The notes: generated by a model not told the origin, from the sequence alone. A stretch of DNA of 64,000 bases from Candidatus Marinacidobacterales bacterium (GCA_965219415.1 CBDCNP010000002.1:4160001-4224000), one strand, 5' to 3'. Positions 1-14,258 are shown, counted from the stretch's first letter. Made by a program: numbers and translations.

Positions 1-2
1 AT

Positions 3-833
3 CTCGCTCCGTTCAAGGAGGGTGGTTTTTCCAAGTACGTGAGTGTGTTCGGCGTGCACATCTTTGCCACGCCCGACGCACGAGACGAGAAGTTGCTACA
101 TGCGGCCAAGGTCATGGCCGAGTACTTAGATAACGACTCCGACGGTGTGCCAGAAAACATGCTGGTGCTAAGCCATCTGGTAAGCCGCAACTCGTTCATC
201 GTGTTTCCGAAAACGCCGGAAGAGCTGGAGAACATGGATCACGATGCCTGGCGGAGCGCGGGATTCAACGCCGGGCAGTTGCTTTGGGACGAAGAAACGC
301 ACCCCGGATTCATGACCGACGGCGTGGTCAATCGGGAGGTCGAGCAGGACGCAGCCCTCGAAGAAATCTGGCACCTTCTTTGCGATGCCGGTTGGTCGCC
401 GGCCTACCCTGAAGCTTTTGCTCCGGAACCTGGGAGCGCGCTCGCCAACTGCATGGACAAGGCGCGCGGTGGGCGCTTCATGGAAATACCTACCGGGGGA
501 CCTAAGGCGGGATATCCCGAAGAGGCCTGGTATCACTACGACGACGAGACCTGTGATTACGGCTGTATGGCGGTCGAGTACATGTATTGGGGCACCACGT
601 CCATCCTCGGAGCGCAGGAGTTCAACTCCGCCAACCGTCCCGAGAGCGGTGAAGGCCCGAGTCAAGAGTGGGGGGCCTATACGCCGGAGTTGATGCGCAC
701 GGTGGACCCATGTCTCTACGGATTGCTCACCGATCCCAGGTACATGATCGCGACCAAGGCTCCCGAGGGGCGCTACACGCCGTCCGCGACGCCGACTATA
801 ATCGTCCCGCTCATCGCGGTGGACGAACGATAG
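3..833 (+). CDS. Hypothetical protein, possible metallopeptidase-like, 5' end outside window
   Basis: Frame open from the window edge; EEIWH and CMAVEYMYW motifs; stop just before the next gene. Confidence 0.55.
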   Translation, partial: LAPFKEGGFSKYVSVFGVHIFATPDARDEKLLHAAKVMAEYLDNDSDGVPENMLVLSHLVSRNSFIVFPKTPEELENMDHDAWRSAGFNAGQLLWDEETHPGFMTDGVVNREVEQDAALEEIWHLLCDAGWSPAYPEAFAPEPGSALANCMDKARGGRFMEIPTGGPKAGYPEEAWYHYDDETCDYGCMAVEYMYWGTTSILGAQEFNSANRPESGEGPSQEWGAYTPELMRTVDPCLYGLLTDPRYMIATKAPEGRYTPSATPTIIVPLIAVDER

Positions 834-847
834 ATAGGGGAATCGAG

Positions 848-2188
848 ATGTACAAATCCATATGCGTTGTCTTGCTGTGCCTCGTAGCCTCCAGCTCGAG
901 CCTGTCGTTGCTGGTCCGCGCATCGACGATCGACGATGCACGCTCGCTTTGGGAGATCTCATGCATGATCCGCAAGGATAAATTCGACTACGTGCTTCCC
1001 ACCGCCATGCGCCGCAACCGCATCGACATGTGGATCGTGCTGGATCGTGGTCGCGGCACCGAACCGATGGCGCGTGACTTCGGCATCGATACCGTCAACG
1101 GCCAAGGGATCTACATTTTCTTCGACCCAGGTGAAGGGCGTGTGGAGCGCATCCAGCTGGGACCGGAGACGGATATGGCGGAAGACTGTGGCGCGTACGA
1201 CTCGTTCGGGAGAAGCACGGAGCTTCGCTCCATCGTCGAAGAGCGCGATCCCAAAACGATCGCTTTGAACTTTCTCGCCGTGCCCAATACGCGTGAGGGT
1301 ATTCACGTTGCCGACGGACTGTCTCACACCGACTACCAGTTCCTTGAGAACGAGCTAGGCGAAAAGTACGCCTCCCGCTTCACCTCGGCACAGCATCTCA
1401 TCGCGGACTATCACGGGGAGCGCGTCGCGGGTGAGATCATCGAGTTCTCCAAGATTGGAGATCTCACCCGTAGGGGCATCGAGCGCGCGCTTAGTAATGA
1501 AGTGATCACGCCGGGGCAGACGACTCTACAGGACGTTTCCTTGTGGTTGGAGGAGCGGCGGGAGGAATGGGGGCTCCAAAGAGCTTGGTATCCGTCGGTC
1601 TGGCTTAGCCGCCCGGGCGGTTCGAGGGCGCGATCGGTGTACGAGGTTATTCGACGAGGCGATATCGTGCAGATCGATTGGGGAGGAGTGCGCAATAACT
1701 TCGGCACTGACATCAAGCGCTTTGCCTACGTCCTGAAAGAAGAGGAGAGCGAGGCGCCCCACGACGTCGTCGCCGCCTTCGAAGAAGCAAGAAAGGTAGC
1801 GGAGATCATTCGCAAGAACGTCCGGTCGGGACGCACCGGTAGAGAGCAGCTGGACGAGCTCAAGCAAATCATTCGGGACGCCGGTTATGTCTACACCGAG
1901 GTGGAGCGTCCCAGCGACGTGCCCGGTATCGAGGTCAACGTCGGTATGCATGCCGCAGGCAACATCGGCCATGATGTGTCGGCTGGTCTCTTCGAGATTT
2001 TCCCGGAGCGGACCAAATACGAAGTTCGCCCCAACACTATCATTTCGCTGGAATATCGGATCTTCCGGCCAGCCAAGGAATGGGGAGGAGCGAAGATAGG
2101 CGTCAATGTCGAGGAAAACGCACTCATCACCGAGCGCGGTATCGAATGGTTGTACCCGCCTCAGGAGAAAGTTCTCCTCATCCGTTGA
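848..2188 (+). CDS. M24 (Xaa-Pro aminopeptidase-like) metallopeptidase
   Basis: Signal-like N-terminus; IDWGG...GTDIKR, GHDV, LEY and VEEN pita-bread metal ligands. Confidence 0.8.
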   Translation: MYKSICVVLLCLVASSSSLSLLVRASTIDDARSLWEISCMIRKDKFDYVLPTAMRRNRIDMWIVLDRGRGTEPMARDFGIDTVNGQGIYIFFDPGEGRVERIQLGPETDMAEDCGAYDSFGRSTELRSIVEERDPKTIALNFLAVPNTREGIHVADGLSHTDYQFLENELGEKYASRFTSAQHLIADYHGERVAGEIIEFSKIGDLTRRGIERALSNEVITPGQTTLQDVSLWLEERREEWGLQRAWYPSVWLSRPGGSRARSVYEVIRRGDIVQIDWGGVRNNFGTDIKRFAYVLKEEESEAPHDVVAAFEEARKVAEIIRKNVRSGRTGREQLDELKQIIRDAGYVYTEVERPSDVPGIEVNVGMHAAGNIGHDVSAGLFEIFPERTKYEVRPNTIISLEYRIFRPAKEWGGAKIGVNVEENALITERGIEWLYPPQEKVLLIR

Positions 2189-2518
2189 CGGCGTACACCG
2201 GCATTGGATTCCGAGTTCAGCGATAAGCCGGGCAGTTAGCGATGCGCTCTTCGATCTCCGCTGCGATGTGCTGGTATTCCGAACCGCCGACACCTCCGAA
2301 GCGCTCGTGAAGCTCGGCTTCCGGGATACCTTCCGGTAGATCGGAGGCCCCCGGGAAGAAGTCGTCCACGCGGAAGCCCGTCGTGTCCGAAAACCCGAAC
2401 GGAGCCCGAAAGTTCGAATCCTAGAGGCGTTCTCGAAATTCGCAGAGACCAGCCGACGCGGCCCTTGGTCTGCGATAGGCGCTCTCGAGGGTGCTTCCGC
2501 CATCAAGTGTTGCTACGC

Positions 2519-2620
2519 CGTCCTGTGCCAAAACTCGGCCCTTTTGAAAGACCATGGCTGTAATTTAATGCACTGTAAAGTCTTAGTGTCATTTTGCCAA
2601 CACTTAATGGCGGAAGCACC
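2519..2620. mobile_element. Hybrid MITE type 1 (rve-type end + IS1-type end), 102 bp
   Basis: Runs CGTCCTGTGCCAAAACTC...GGCGGAAGCACC; second copy inverted at 13695-13796; preceded by a lone IS1-type end at 2490. Confidence 0.75.
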
Positions 2621-2950
2621 GCTGGAAACGGACTTACGGTGCGGCTAGTGAGGCACTCCCATATGAAACGGGGAGAAACAGATAGGCCGCGCCTACGGAG
2701 CACCGCGCCAGCCCTCGACCCTACCGCCGGTCGCAAACACAGACACTAAGCTGCTGATTTATGGCCTATTTCAAAAGGGCCGAGTTTTGGCACAGGACGC
2801 GACGCGCAACGCCCCTCTCATTCTGCCCGTCGCACGACCAAGAAGCCCCCACGAGACCAGCTCAGGGCTGGTGCCTAGAAGTCGATTAGGCGGGAACCTC
2901 GCCCGGCTCTGTATCCCCAAGGACAGTGAAAGAATCGGCCGTGATGGCAG

Positions 2951-5749
<2,799 letters not shown>

Positions 5750-5921
5750 GTGAAGAAGCTCCCTTTCGCTGAATTGACTGCTGTACTAATGGTCATGGGA
5801 ACTTCTAAAAGTGTACCAATTTTAGTGGCGTTGTTGCACCGCTCTTGGCTGAGAGCGAGGCAAGCCTGCGCTGATCGTCGTCAGAGAGCCTGAGTCGCTT
5901 GCCCCGAAGCCCGGCTCGGAG

Positions 5922-6087
5922 GGTGCTTGCGCTGTTTACTGTTGGTAATGTGTACGCATCCCTTTGCAAAAAAGGCGCTTACGCTCCATTTAGCTCGCAG
6001 CGAAGGTCACGAGCGCTATTTTAGCTGTAATTTGATGCACTGTAAAGTCTTAGCGTCATCTCACCAACACTTAATGGCGGAAGCACC
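5922..6087 (+). mobile_element. MITE A1 (IS1-type ends), 166 bp
   Basis: GGTGCTTGCG...GGCGGAAGCACC; diverged copies at 17227-17404, 26724-26889, 39874-40039, 41722-41887, 57411-57576, 62515-62680. Confidence 0.85.
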
Positions 6088-6389
6088 GCGCTTTCATCGC
6101 CTGGCACGGGGTAACGTGTGCCTGACGAAATCTCGAAGCGCAACAGCCAACCGGGACCAGTCTGGCTACAATGACGCCAACTTGACGGTACCGTTGCTTG
6201 GCATGTCCTTATCACCGTGCTGTCCCTACCACCCCGCCAGAGGGATGTGCCTCATCAGATAGTCTGGCTACACATCCTGTTGCCTTAATATATCTAATTC
6301 TGTAAGTTATTTACAATAATAGTTTTCTACTACATCGACATAATTTAAATTAGTCATCATCACAAGTCACAGGCCCTGACGACGCATCC

Positions 6390-6567
6390 CGTCCTGTGCC
6401 AAAACTCGGCCCTTTTGAAATAGCCCATAAATCAGCAACTTAGTGTCTGTGTTTGCGGCCGTGCCAAGGGCCGAGCGCGAACAAACGACGAGATCATGCA
6501 GGCATGGTCCCGGGAGACCGGAGACCGATCAAGTTCGGGGCGCGCGGATGAATAAATAGAAGGCACA
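6390..6567. mobile_element. MITE B-G1, 178 bp, rve-type ends
   Basis: CGTCCTGTGCCAAAACTC...GAATAAATAGAAGGCACA; copy at 22359-22536; related G1 ends at 14258 and 28295. Confidence 0.8.
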
Positions 6568-6572
6568 GCGCC

Positions 6573-7943
6573 TTGTTTCGGAACGCCTTCGTCACCACTC
6601 CTCTGTGTTCGCCGTCGCGGGCGAGTTTCTTGACCGGACAATACGCCCGGGCACATGGCGTCTCGACAAACGCGAGCGCGCTCAGCCCACTCGTCGCTAC
6701 GTCCCCGAGTCTTCTTGAGAATGGAGGTTACGACACGGCCTTCATCGGGAAATGGCACATGGGAAACGACGATACGCCTAGACCGGGTTTCACGCATTGG
6801 GTGAGCTTCCGTGGACAGGGCTCGTACCGGGACCCCGAACTGAACATCAATGGCGAGCACGTGCCGACGCTGGGCTATTTGACGGACGTGCTCAACCATT
6901 ACGCAGTAGACTTCGTTCGCACTGCTGCGCGAGGGTTCCGGCCGTTTCTACTCTACCTTTCCCACAAGGCAGTCCACGGGCCGCTGGATCCACCCGACCG
7001 GCACACGGACCTGTACCGTGGCGCACCGGTTCCCTGCTCGCCCGGGTGCCAGGATACGCTAAAGGGCAAGCCAGCCCTGACGCTGACCAAGCCCCCGAGT
7101 CCCGGAGACGGACTCTCTGATGAAGCTATCCGCAAAAAATTGAGACTTCTGAAGTCGGTCGACGAGGGTGTGGGACGGATTCTCAGGACGCTGGCGCAGG
7201 AAGGAGTCCTAGACCAAACAGCCGTCATTCTCACGAGCGACAACGGGTTCTTCTTGCGGGAGCACGGTCTGCGTGACAAGCGCTGGGCATACGAGGAAGC
7301 GATCCGCATTCCACTCCTCGTGCGTTACCCTCCGCTCACACGTCCAGGGGCGAGAATCGACCAGATCGTCCTGAACGTGGACTTGGCCCCTACGCTGCTT
7401 GAACTTGGGGGTGTGCCCGTTCCTGCCGAGGTGCACGGTCGTTCGTTTTTGCCGCTCCTGAAAGGAAAGAAGGAAGGGTGGAGGGACATGTTCGCGGCCG
7501 AGTATTTCAGAGAGAGCCGTTTCCCACGCACCCCTACATGGGAAGCGCTCCGAACGGAGCGCTGGAAATACATTCGATACCCTGAGTTGGGTATGGAATA
7601 CGATGAACTCTACAATCTACGGAGCGATCCCTACGAACTCCGGAACGTGGTGAACGATATGAGATTGACAGACCTGCTGGAAAGACTTCGGAAAAGGCTG
7701 ACTCGGCTTCTAACATTTCCTCCGCGTGCTGCCTTCGACGATTCAGCCCTCAGCAGCAGCTCACCGGTGCTTCTGCTATCAAGTGTTGCACTGACGGCTT
7801 CGACTACTCTACTCGCTGAAAGTTCTGGCCATGGCCAAGACCGCTGTGAGGCCGTCTCCGGTTGTACTCTCGTGTCTCGAGTTGGTCGTGAGGTCAAAAT
7901 ATTCATGCGGCTTCCCGATGGTAGAAACGTAGCAACCCCGTGA
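6573..7943 (+). pseudogene. Sulfatase, 5'-truncated by a MITE
   Basis: CSPSRASFLTG (CxPxR), GKWH and SDNG motifs; begins right after the MITE end at 6567; the C-terminal tail reads into the end at 7887. Confidence 0.8.
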
Positions 7944-8026
7944 GGTATCAGCCCTTGTCAGCACCGAACGACTGAGATACAACGTGGTACTAACCATGGG
8001 GTCAGGTCACCTTTCACGGACAGGAG

Positions 8027-9226
8027 GGTGCTTCCGCCATCAAGTGTTGCTACGCGGCCGCGGGCAGTGGTACAGGTGCGGAAGAGAGCGGGTTGCGCGC
8101 CCCAGTGAGCACGAAAACCTCGATCCGCGACCACAAAGGAATCGTCGTCACCAAGAAGATGTCTCGAAAGGTGAGCCGTCGCGTGGTCAGACCGGCCTGC
8201 ATAGCCGGAGTTCGGATCTCACGTCCGAACTTCAGAGCTCCGTGCGGTCGGACGAAGTTGTAATAGCAACGGAGCAACTCCAGGTGCTCATTGAGCCTCT
8301 CCGTCGAGCGAGCGTGAGAAAGTATTCGTCTCGAAAGGTATGCCGAGCTTTGCCGGATGGTCAGATTCAACCGCTCGATGAACGACGTGTTCAATGTCGA
8401 GGAGTCCTCGGAGTTATTGAGCGCGTCTTCAAATCGCCACGCGGCTCCGTGCAGCGCTCTCCGTTCGACCTTGATGATGCGATCGTTCCTGCGCGTTTTT
8501 AGGACCTGGCCGTAGAGACACGCTGGACCGAAGAAGCGACGGATGACTTTCTGGTAGAATTCGAATCCATCCGTGACGATCAGGGGAAGACGTCCGAAAT
8601 TCATCCGTCTCGAAAGGTCGCAAAACAGAGCGTGAGTGTTCCGGTAGCTTCGCCTTCCCGTCACCGTCGATGGCCAGAGCCGAGACCAGACTTCGATTGT
8701 AACGAAGACCCAACTCGGTGTCTTCTTGTTGCCCGCGAACGTGCGAATCTCGTCGGCTTGAAGCTCTTCGGCAGCGAAGCCAGCGATCCTTCTGTGATTG
8801 AATCGACGACACACTTGGGCTGCCTTCTCGAGCCAGCGGGCGACGGTGTTCCAGGCAATCCCTTTGATCCGGGAAATCGAGGAAATGCTGACACCCTCGA
8901 CTCTGAGAGCGATGACCCCATCGAAAGTAGCTCTTCGATGTTGGAGACGGTAGTAGGGCTTGCCTTTCGTCGAAGAGAACGTCTTTCCGCACTCGCCGCA
9001 CCGGTATCGACGGCGTTTCCCGGACCTCGTTCTGTAGAATCCGTTGTGAATAATACTTCTGGAACCGACTTTTCCATACGACGGACATGCGGGATTGAGA
9101 CATCTGCGATTCTTCACTTCGGCTCGGCCCTGACGATGAGAGAACTGTGTCTTCAGAATTCTGGTTCAAACTCTAGCACGCGAACGGGTTACGCGGCAGC
9201 CACCAACACTTCATGGCGGAAGCACC
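8027..9226 (-). mobile_element. IS1-family insertion sequence, 1200 bp
   Basis: Terminal IRs GGTGCTTCCGCCAT(C/G)AAGTGTTG; one transposase ORF; no flanking duplication. Confidence 0.85.
8050..9117 (-). CDS. IS1-family transposase
   Basis: N-terminal Zn-ribbon cysteines, HTH, DDE motifs QADE / TDG / IERLNLTIRQ. Confidence 0.85.
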   Translation of the reverse strand: MKNRRCLNPACPSYGKVGSRSIIHNGFYRTRSGKRRRYRCGECGKTFSSTKGKPYYRLQHRRATFDGVIALRVEGVSISSISRIKGIAWNTVARWLEKAAQVCRRFNHRRIAGFAAEELQADEIRTFAGNKKTPSWVFVTIEVWSRLWPSTVTGRRSYRNTHALFCDLSRRMNFGRLPLIVTDGFEFYQKVIRRFFGPACLYGQVLKTRRNDRIIKVERRALHGAAWRFEDALNNSEDSSTLNTSFIERLNLTIRQSSAYLSRRILSHARSTERLNEHLELLRCYYNFVRPHGALKFGREIRTPAMQAGLTTRRLTFRDIFLVTTIPLWSRIEVFVLTGARNPLSSAPVPLPAAA

Positions 9227-9254
9227 AAGGAACGTCTTCATAAGTTGTTCTCCG

Positions 9255-9460
9255 CTATTGGTTGGCTGTTAGTTCAACGTACCGCGCAAGGCGAGATAGC
9301 TCCTGGTCGTCGACATACTTGCCGATCTCTCGCCGGAACTGCTCCATGCTGCGGTAAGGCCGGTACTCCATGAACTCGTGTAGCATGCGTTTTCCAACGC
9401 CTGGGATACTGAGGATGTCGTCTTCGGACGCTTTGTTGAGATCGATGGGGACGAACACGT
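9255..9460 (-). pseudogene. C-terminal fragment of a helix-hairpin-helix protein
   Basis: IDLNKASEDDILSIPGVGKRM; cut at the rve-type end at 9461. Confidence 0.7.
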
Positions 9461-9579
9461 TGTGCCTTCTATTTATTCATCCGCCAGCCCCATGGGTCGG
9501 AAGTCAGCCCTGCGGCGCGAAATACCCTGGATTCTGCGCGGATTCCAAGGGCGTCTAAGCTGCTGATTTGTGGTCTATT

Positions 9580-9820
9580 GGTGCTTCCGCAATCAAGTGT
9601 TGCTACGCCGTGTTTGAATGCTAGTGTCAGCTGGCCTGCCTGTGTCGGCGAACGCCATTAATGATGTCGGCGCGCACACGAAGGTGTCCCTGAACGTCAG
9701 GCACCGTGTGGTCAGCCCAACCCGCATCGCCGAAAGAACTGCGTCTCTCGAAATCAGGCTTAAACTCTAGCACACGAGCGGGTTACGCGGCAGCCACCAA
9801 CACTTAATTGCGGAAACACC
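9580..9820. mobile_element. MITE A2 (IS1-type ends), about 240 bp
   Basis: Shares both ends with IS 8027-9226; copies at 17878-18121 and 11973-13664 (interrupted by IS110). Confidence 0.85.
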
Positions 9821-10773
9821 AGCGCGGCAGTGTCGGGGACCGCCTTCAGCAAGGCCTGCATCAGCATGACGTCCACCATCGAGGTCTCGTCAACGACCAG
9901 CAGGCCGCAATCGAGAGGGTTGTTGCCGTTGCGCTTGAACCCACCGCCCTTGGGATCGACTTCGAGTAGCCGGTGGATCGTTTTCGCCTCGAACCCGGTG
10001 GCCTCGGTCATCCGCTTGGCGGCGCGGCCGGTTGGGGCGCAGAGCAGCAGGGTCACGCCCTTGGCGGCCAGGATGCGCAGGATGGCGTTGACGATGGTCG
10101 TTTTGCCCACGCCCGGCCCGCCGGTGATGACCAATGCCTTGGAGGTCAGGGCTAGGCGAACCGCCTCGGCCTGGCTTGCCGCCAGCGACAGACCGGTCTT
10201 CCCCTCGACCCAGGGTAGCGCCTCGCCGGCATCGATATCCGGCCAAGGAAGCTTGCCGCCCGTAATCCGGAGAACCCTCTCGGCGATCACCCGTTCGGCA
10301 CGGTAGAGGCCGCCAAGGAATATACAGGGAGTTCCGGCAACCGCCGCAGCGACGACGGTGCCTTCTGCCAGTTCGAGGTCCAGCGCGTCTTGAACCAACT
10401 CCTTTGACACTTCCAGCAATTCGACGGCGAGCGGTGAAAGCTTTTCGGCAGGAAGGCCGCAATGACCGTCATCCATCGCCTCGGTGAGCGCATGGGAAAT
10501 CCCCGCGCGAACCCGGATCATGGCTGTTTTCTCGATGCCGAGCTTCATGGCGATCGTGTCGGCGGTCTTGAACCCGATGCCGCGAATATCTCGTGCAAGG
10601 CGGTACGGGTTCTCGGTCATGACCTGAACGGCATCCACGCCGTAGGTCTTGTAGATCCACACCGCGCGCGCCGTGCCGATGCCATGGCTGTGCAGGAACA
10701 CCATGATCTCGCGAACGATCTTCTGTTCCGCCCAGGCGTCGGTGATGCGTTTGGCACGCACACGGCCGATGCC
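9821..10773 (-). pseudogene. recD2: Internal fragment of a RecD2-like helicase
   Basis: ENPYRL...GIGFKTAD, Walker A GGPGVGKT, APTGRAAKR, VVDETSM; both ends abut MITEs. Confidence 0.88.
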
Positions 10774-10921
10774 CGTCCTGTGCCAAAGCTCGGCCCTTTT
10801 GAAATAGACCACAAATCAGCAGCTTAGACGCCCTTGGAATCCGCGCAGAATCCAGGGTATTTCGCGCCGCAGGGCTGACTTCCGACCCATTGGGCTGGCG
10901 GATGAATAAATAGAAGGCACA
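10774..10921. mobile_element. MITE B-G2, 147-148 bp, rve-type ends
   Basis: Copies at 24683-24829 and 63339-63485; partial copies at 9461-9579 and about 57295-57410. Confidence 0.8.
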
Positions 10922-11917
10922 ACTCCAAGACCGGCGCATATAATCGTAAATGTCTGGAGGAAACTGCTTCCGGAAGCGAGGGTGATCCAGAATCTCTGGA
11001 AAATCCAGGACACGGACGTAGGACTGGCGCATCTCCATCGTAGAGACGAAGTAGGGACCGCGGAGAATGTTCGACGAGGGACCCAGGGCCACCGGCTTCG
11101 CACCCCGTACGAGTAGCCTCATGTCCTCGTCGCTGTACTCGGATAATGGACTGGCTGCGAAGACAACGTGCAGTCTGTCAACACCGGCCCGAACCGCGGT
11201 GCGCATGGCGCTCACGTGCCGCGCCTCGGCGTCCACTCCAATGCCAGCCCGATGGGCGGCATCCACCAGCGCCTCCAACACCGGCAGTTTCCAAAATCCC
11301 CCGATTTGGATCTGATCGATGTTTGATGCGATGAGCTGTTCCGCGGCCTCGCGCGCCGCTTGTGGAGTCGTCAACCGATAGAAGTTCGAAACGCCGTCCG
11401 CGGCACGATCGCGTTCGGGGTGATTCTCGATGCTTCGCCCTGTCAGGTAGAGACGAGGACCGAGTCTCTTCCCCGATTCGATCGCCTCGCGAAGCTGCTT
11501 CTGTTCCTCGAGTGGACCGCTCGCATTCCGGAAGCTTGTGACACCGGCCATCAGATTGAGCTCCGCTACGATGGCCATGATCTCCGTCTTCCGATCCGCG
11601 AAGTGGGAAACGAACTCGCCAGGGTTCCCGGCTCCTATGTGAAGGAGATGACCGTGCGACTCCCAGAGTCCGGGCATGACCGTCATGCCATTGGTGTCGA
11701 TGACCCGCGCGCCAGAAGGAATGGCTATCGCTCCGACCCGACCGATTGCGTCGATTCGACTGCCCTTCACCAAGACGACGGCGTTGTCGAGAGGTGGACC
11801 TCCGTACCCGTCGACGAGCCTCCCCCCGGCTAGGGCAAGGGTTTCCGAGCGGGCATCTGCTGATGTGGTAAGCACACAAACGATAAGAACCGAGGCCGCC
11901 GATGTCGAGCGGATCAT
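10922..11917 (-). pseudogene. Amidohydrolase family protein, 3'-truncated
   Basis: Signal peptide, TVMPGLWESHGH motif; the frame runs into the MITE at 10921. Confidence 0.8.
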
Positions 11918-12073
11918 CGGGTCACACTCGCTCCATTATCGTCACCACGCCCTGACCACCACCGATGCAGAGGGTGCTTCCGCCATCAAGTGATGGAATG
12001 GACTCCTCCACTGACATAGACGGCATCGATGTGCCAAAGTCAGTCGAATACGCATCGAAAAGGAGGAGTCCAA

Positions 12074-13105
12074 ATGAAAGATACGACAATCGCTGTGGAT
12101 CTTGCAAAGAACGTCTTCGAGATTGCCATCTCGGGAGAAGCGGGGAAGGTGTCCAAGCAACTCCGTGTGAGTCGACCCAAATTGGTGTCGTTCTTTGCCA
12201 AACAGAGCGCTGCCACCGTGCTTCTCGAAGCCTGCGGCTCGGCTCACTTCTGGGCAAGGACGTTCCGAAGGTTGGGACACGACGTCGTCCTGCTCCCACC
12301 TCACCTCGTGAGGCCGTATCGACGCGGGAGCAAGAACGACCGCGCCGACACGAAGGCGTTGCTCGAGGCCTACAGGAACGAGGAGCTTCTTCCCGTACCC
12401 ATCAAGTCCGTGCACCAGCACACCCTCGCTGCGCTCCATCGCCTGCGCTCAGGATGGCTCTCCACACGGACCGCACGCATCAATGCCGTACGCGGGCTCC
12501 TGCGCGAACTCGGATTCATCATCCCAAAGGGCGCTCACTTCGTCGTGCCCGCCCTCTTCGAACTCGTCGAAGACGCTGATTCTGATTTGCCCGACGTGCT
12601 CCGTTCGCATCTCCGTGATGCCTGCTCCGAGATTCGAGAACTCAAGGACAAGTGCGCTAGCATCGAGCACGAGCTCAAGGCGCTCACCAAGCAGCTTCCT
12701 GAAGTCCAACGACTTCTCGCCATTCCCGGCATCGGACTTCTGGCCGCGACCGCCATCGTGGGCTTCGTCGGCGATCTTCGCCGCTTCCCATCGGGGCGCC
12801 GCTTCTCGAGCTACCTCGGCCTAGTTCCCAAGGAAAACTCCAGTGGCGACATTCGCCGCCTCGGACGCATCACCAAGCGTGGCGACTCCTACCTCCGTAT
12901 GCTCCTCACCCAGGGCGGGCGCGCCGTGCTCCGCGCGGCGAACGTCAGCAAGAGCCCGCCCGACAAGCTCCGCGCCTGGGCTCGGAAGGTCCACCGCTCG
13001 CGGGGACACAACAAGGCCGTGATTGCTGTCGCCAACAAACTCGCCCGGATCGTCTGGGCCGTCTCCACCCGCGAGAGTGAATTCCAGTCGCCGGTGGCCG
13101 CTTAG
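12074..13105 (+). CDS. IS110-family DEDD recombinase/transposase
   Basis: AVDLAK, LEAC, KNDRAD, GLVPKENSSG, AVANKLARI motifs; AGGAGG RBS. Confidence 0.95.
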   Translation: MKDTTIAVDLAKNVFEIAISGEAGKVSKQLRVSRPKLVSFFAKQSAATVLLEACGSAHFWARTFRRLGHDVVLLPPHLVRPYRRGSKNDRADTKALLEAYRNEELLPVPIKSVHQHTLAALHRLRSGWLSTRTARINAVRGLLRELGFIIPKGAHFVVPALFELVEDADSDLPDVLRSHLRDACSEIRELKDKCASIEHELKALTKQLPEVQRLLAIPGIGLLAATAIVGFVGDLRRFPSGRRFSSYLGLVPKENSSGDIRRLGRITKRGDSYLRMLLTQGGRAVLRAANVSKSPPDKLRAWARKVHRSRGHNKAVIAVANKLARIVWAVSTRESEFQSPVAA

Positions 13106-13149
13106 ATTTAGAGGCTCCACTTTCGTGTTTTCCTTTTTCCCTTCCAAAA

Positions 13150-13340
13150 GAGGCTGCGACGATACCCATCCAACTGATGGCGTACCGGTCGGACCGGCGC
13201 GGGGTCAAGCCAATAGCAACACTGGCCCTAAGAGGTCGTTCAAAGTGATTGGCTCCTCGCGCGCGGATTTTCCATCATGGCCCGGAGCACCCAAGACGCT
13301 CCTCACTGAGGCCGAAGATACGTTTGCAGTCTGACCCACT
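13150..13340 (+). ncRNA. Predicted bridge/seek RNA (ends approximate)
   Basis: Two internal loops whose segments match the target (TAGCAACACT, AAGTG) and the donor junction (TTCCATCAT, AGATA). Confidence 0.75.
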
Positions 13341-13796
13341 CGTCACGACGCGATGGATGCGCAGCTTCGATGGAAGATTTATTAAGAAAGGGGCGTGACT
13401 AGAAAGAAAGGGGCTTGACTAGAGGAGTCCAGATATGTTGCTACGCCATGTTTGAATGCTAGTGTCAGCTGGCCTGCCTGTGTCGGCGAATGCCATTAAT
13501 TAAGGATGTCGGCGTGCACACCAAGGTGTCTCTGAACGTCAGGCACCGTGTGGTCAGCCCAGCCCGCATCGTCGAAAGAACTGCGTCTCTCGAAATCGGG
13601 CCCCCAAACTCTAGCACACGAGCAGGTTACGCGGCAGCCACCAACACTTAGTGGCGGAAGCACCCAAAATAGCGCTCATGACGCTGCTTCCGCCGGTGCT
13701 TCCGCCATTAAGTGTTGGTAAAATGACGCTAAGACTTTACGGTGCATTAAATTACAGCCATGGTCTTTCAAAAGGGCCGAGTTTTGGCACAGGACG

Positions 13797-13914
13797 GGGT
13801 ACCCCCGCCGTAGTCTCGCGGGTGCGCCGCGTGGAGATCGATCGCGAGTACCGCAAGAAGAAGGAAGGCCACACTGCGTCTGATCATGCACCGGTGTTCG
13901 CGGATCTGGATTGA
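13797..13914 (+). pseudogene. 3' fragment of exodeoxyribonuclease III
   Basis: ASDHAPVFADLD terminus; starts at an rve-type end. Confidence 0.65.
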
Positions 13915-14258
13915 CCAGAGTTTATGGCAATCGTTGGTCGAGGCCGGAAAGCGCCTTGCCTACGAGGGAAATATCAGCGAAGACGATGAAATTGTGGCTG
14001 GACAGAAGACGCTACGGGCGCTGACTGAATACCGAGATGACATTGCGCACTGGTGGACGGACACCTGTAGCCCGTCAGAGCATTTCGCACAGAATCCCCC
14101 GCTTCGCTAAGGTTCTCCCGACAGCCCCTATGCACCGGCTCTGGCAACCCAGAATCGCGGTCGCTCACTCGTGTTGACCATGTGCGATGCAAGCATGGGG
14201 CCGGCAGACCGGAGACTAATCAAGTTCGGGGCCCGCGGATGAATAAATAGAAGGCACA

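Larger units (their letters stand above)
11993..13435 (+). mobile_element. IS110-family (IS1111-type) element inserted in an IS1-type IR
   Basis: Sub-terminal IRs TGGACTCCTC (11999-12008) and GAGGAGTCCA (13422-13431); TG core on both sides; removing it restores CCATCAAGTGTTGCTA. Confidence 0.92.

Noticed and set aside
5927-6262. Recurrent small ORFs such as MRCLLLVMCTHPFAKK and GLFQKGRVLAQDG
   Set aside because: They are translations of MITE sequence with variable starts and stops.
13175-13182. TGATGGCG as an extra target guide
   Set aside because: It is complementary to CGCCATCA in the target but lies outside the loops, and as I recall similar sequence is a common scaffold in IS1111 non-coding regions.
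13384-13423. 20-bp tandem repeat as a separate element
   Set aside because: It is a duplication within the IS110 right end around the -35 box.
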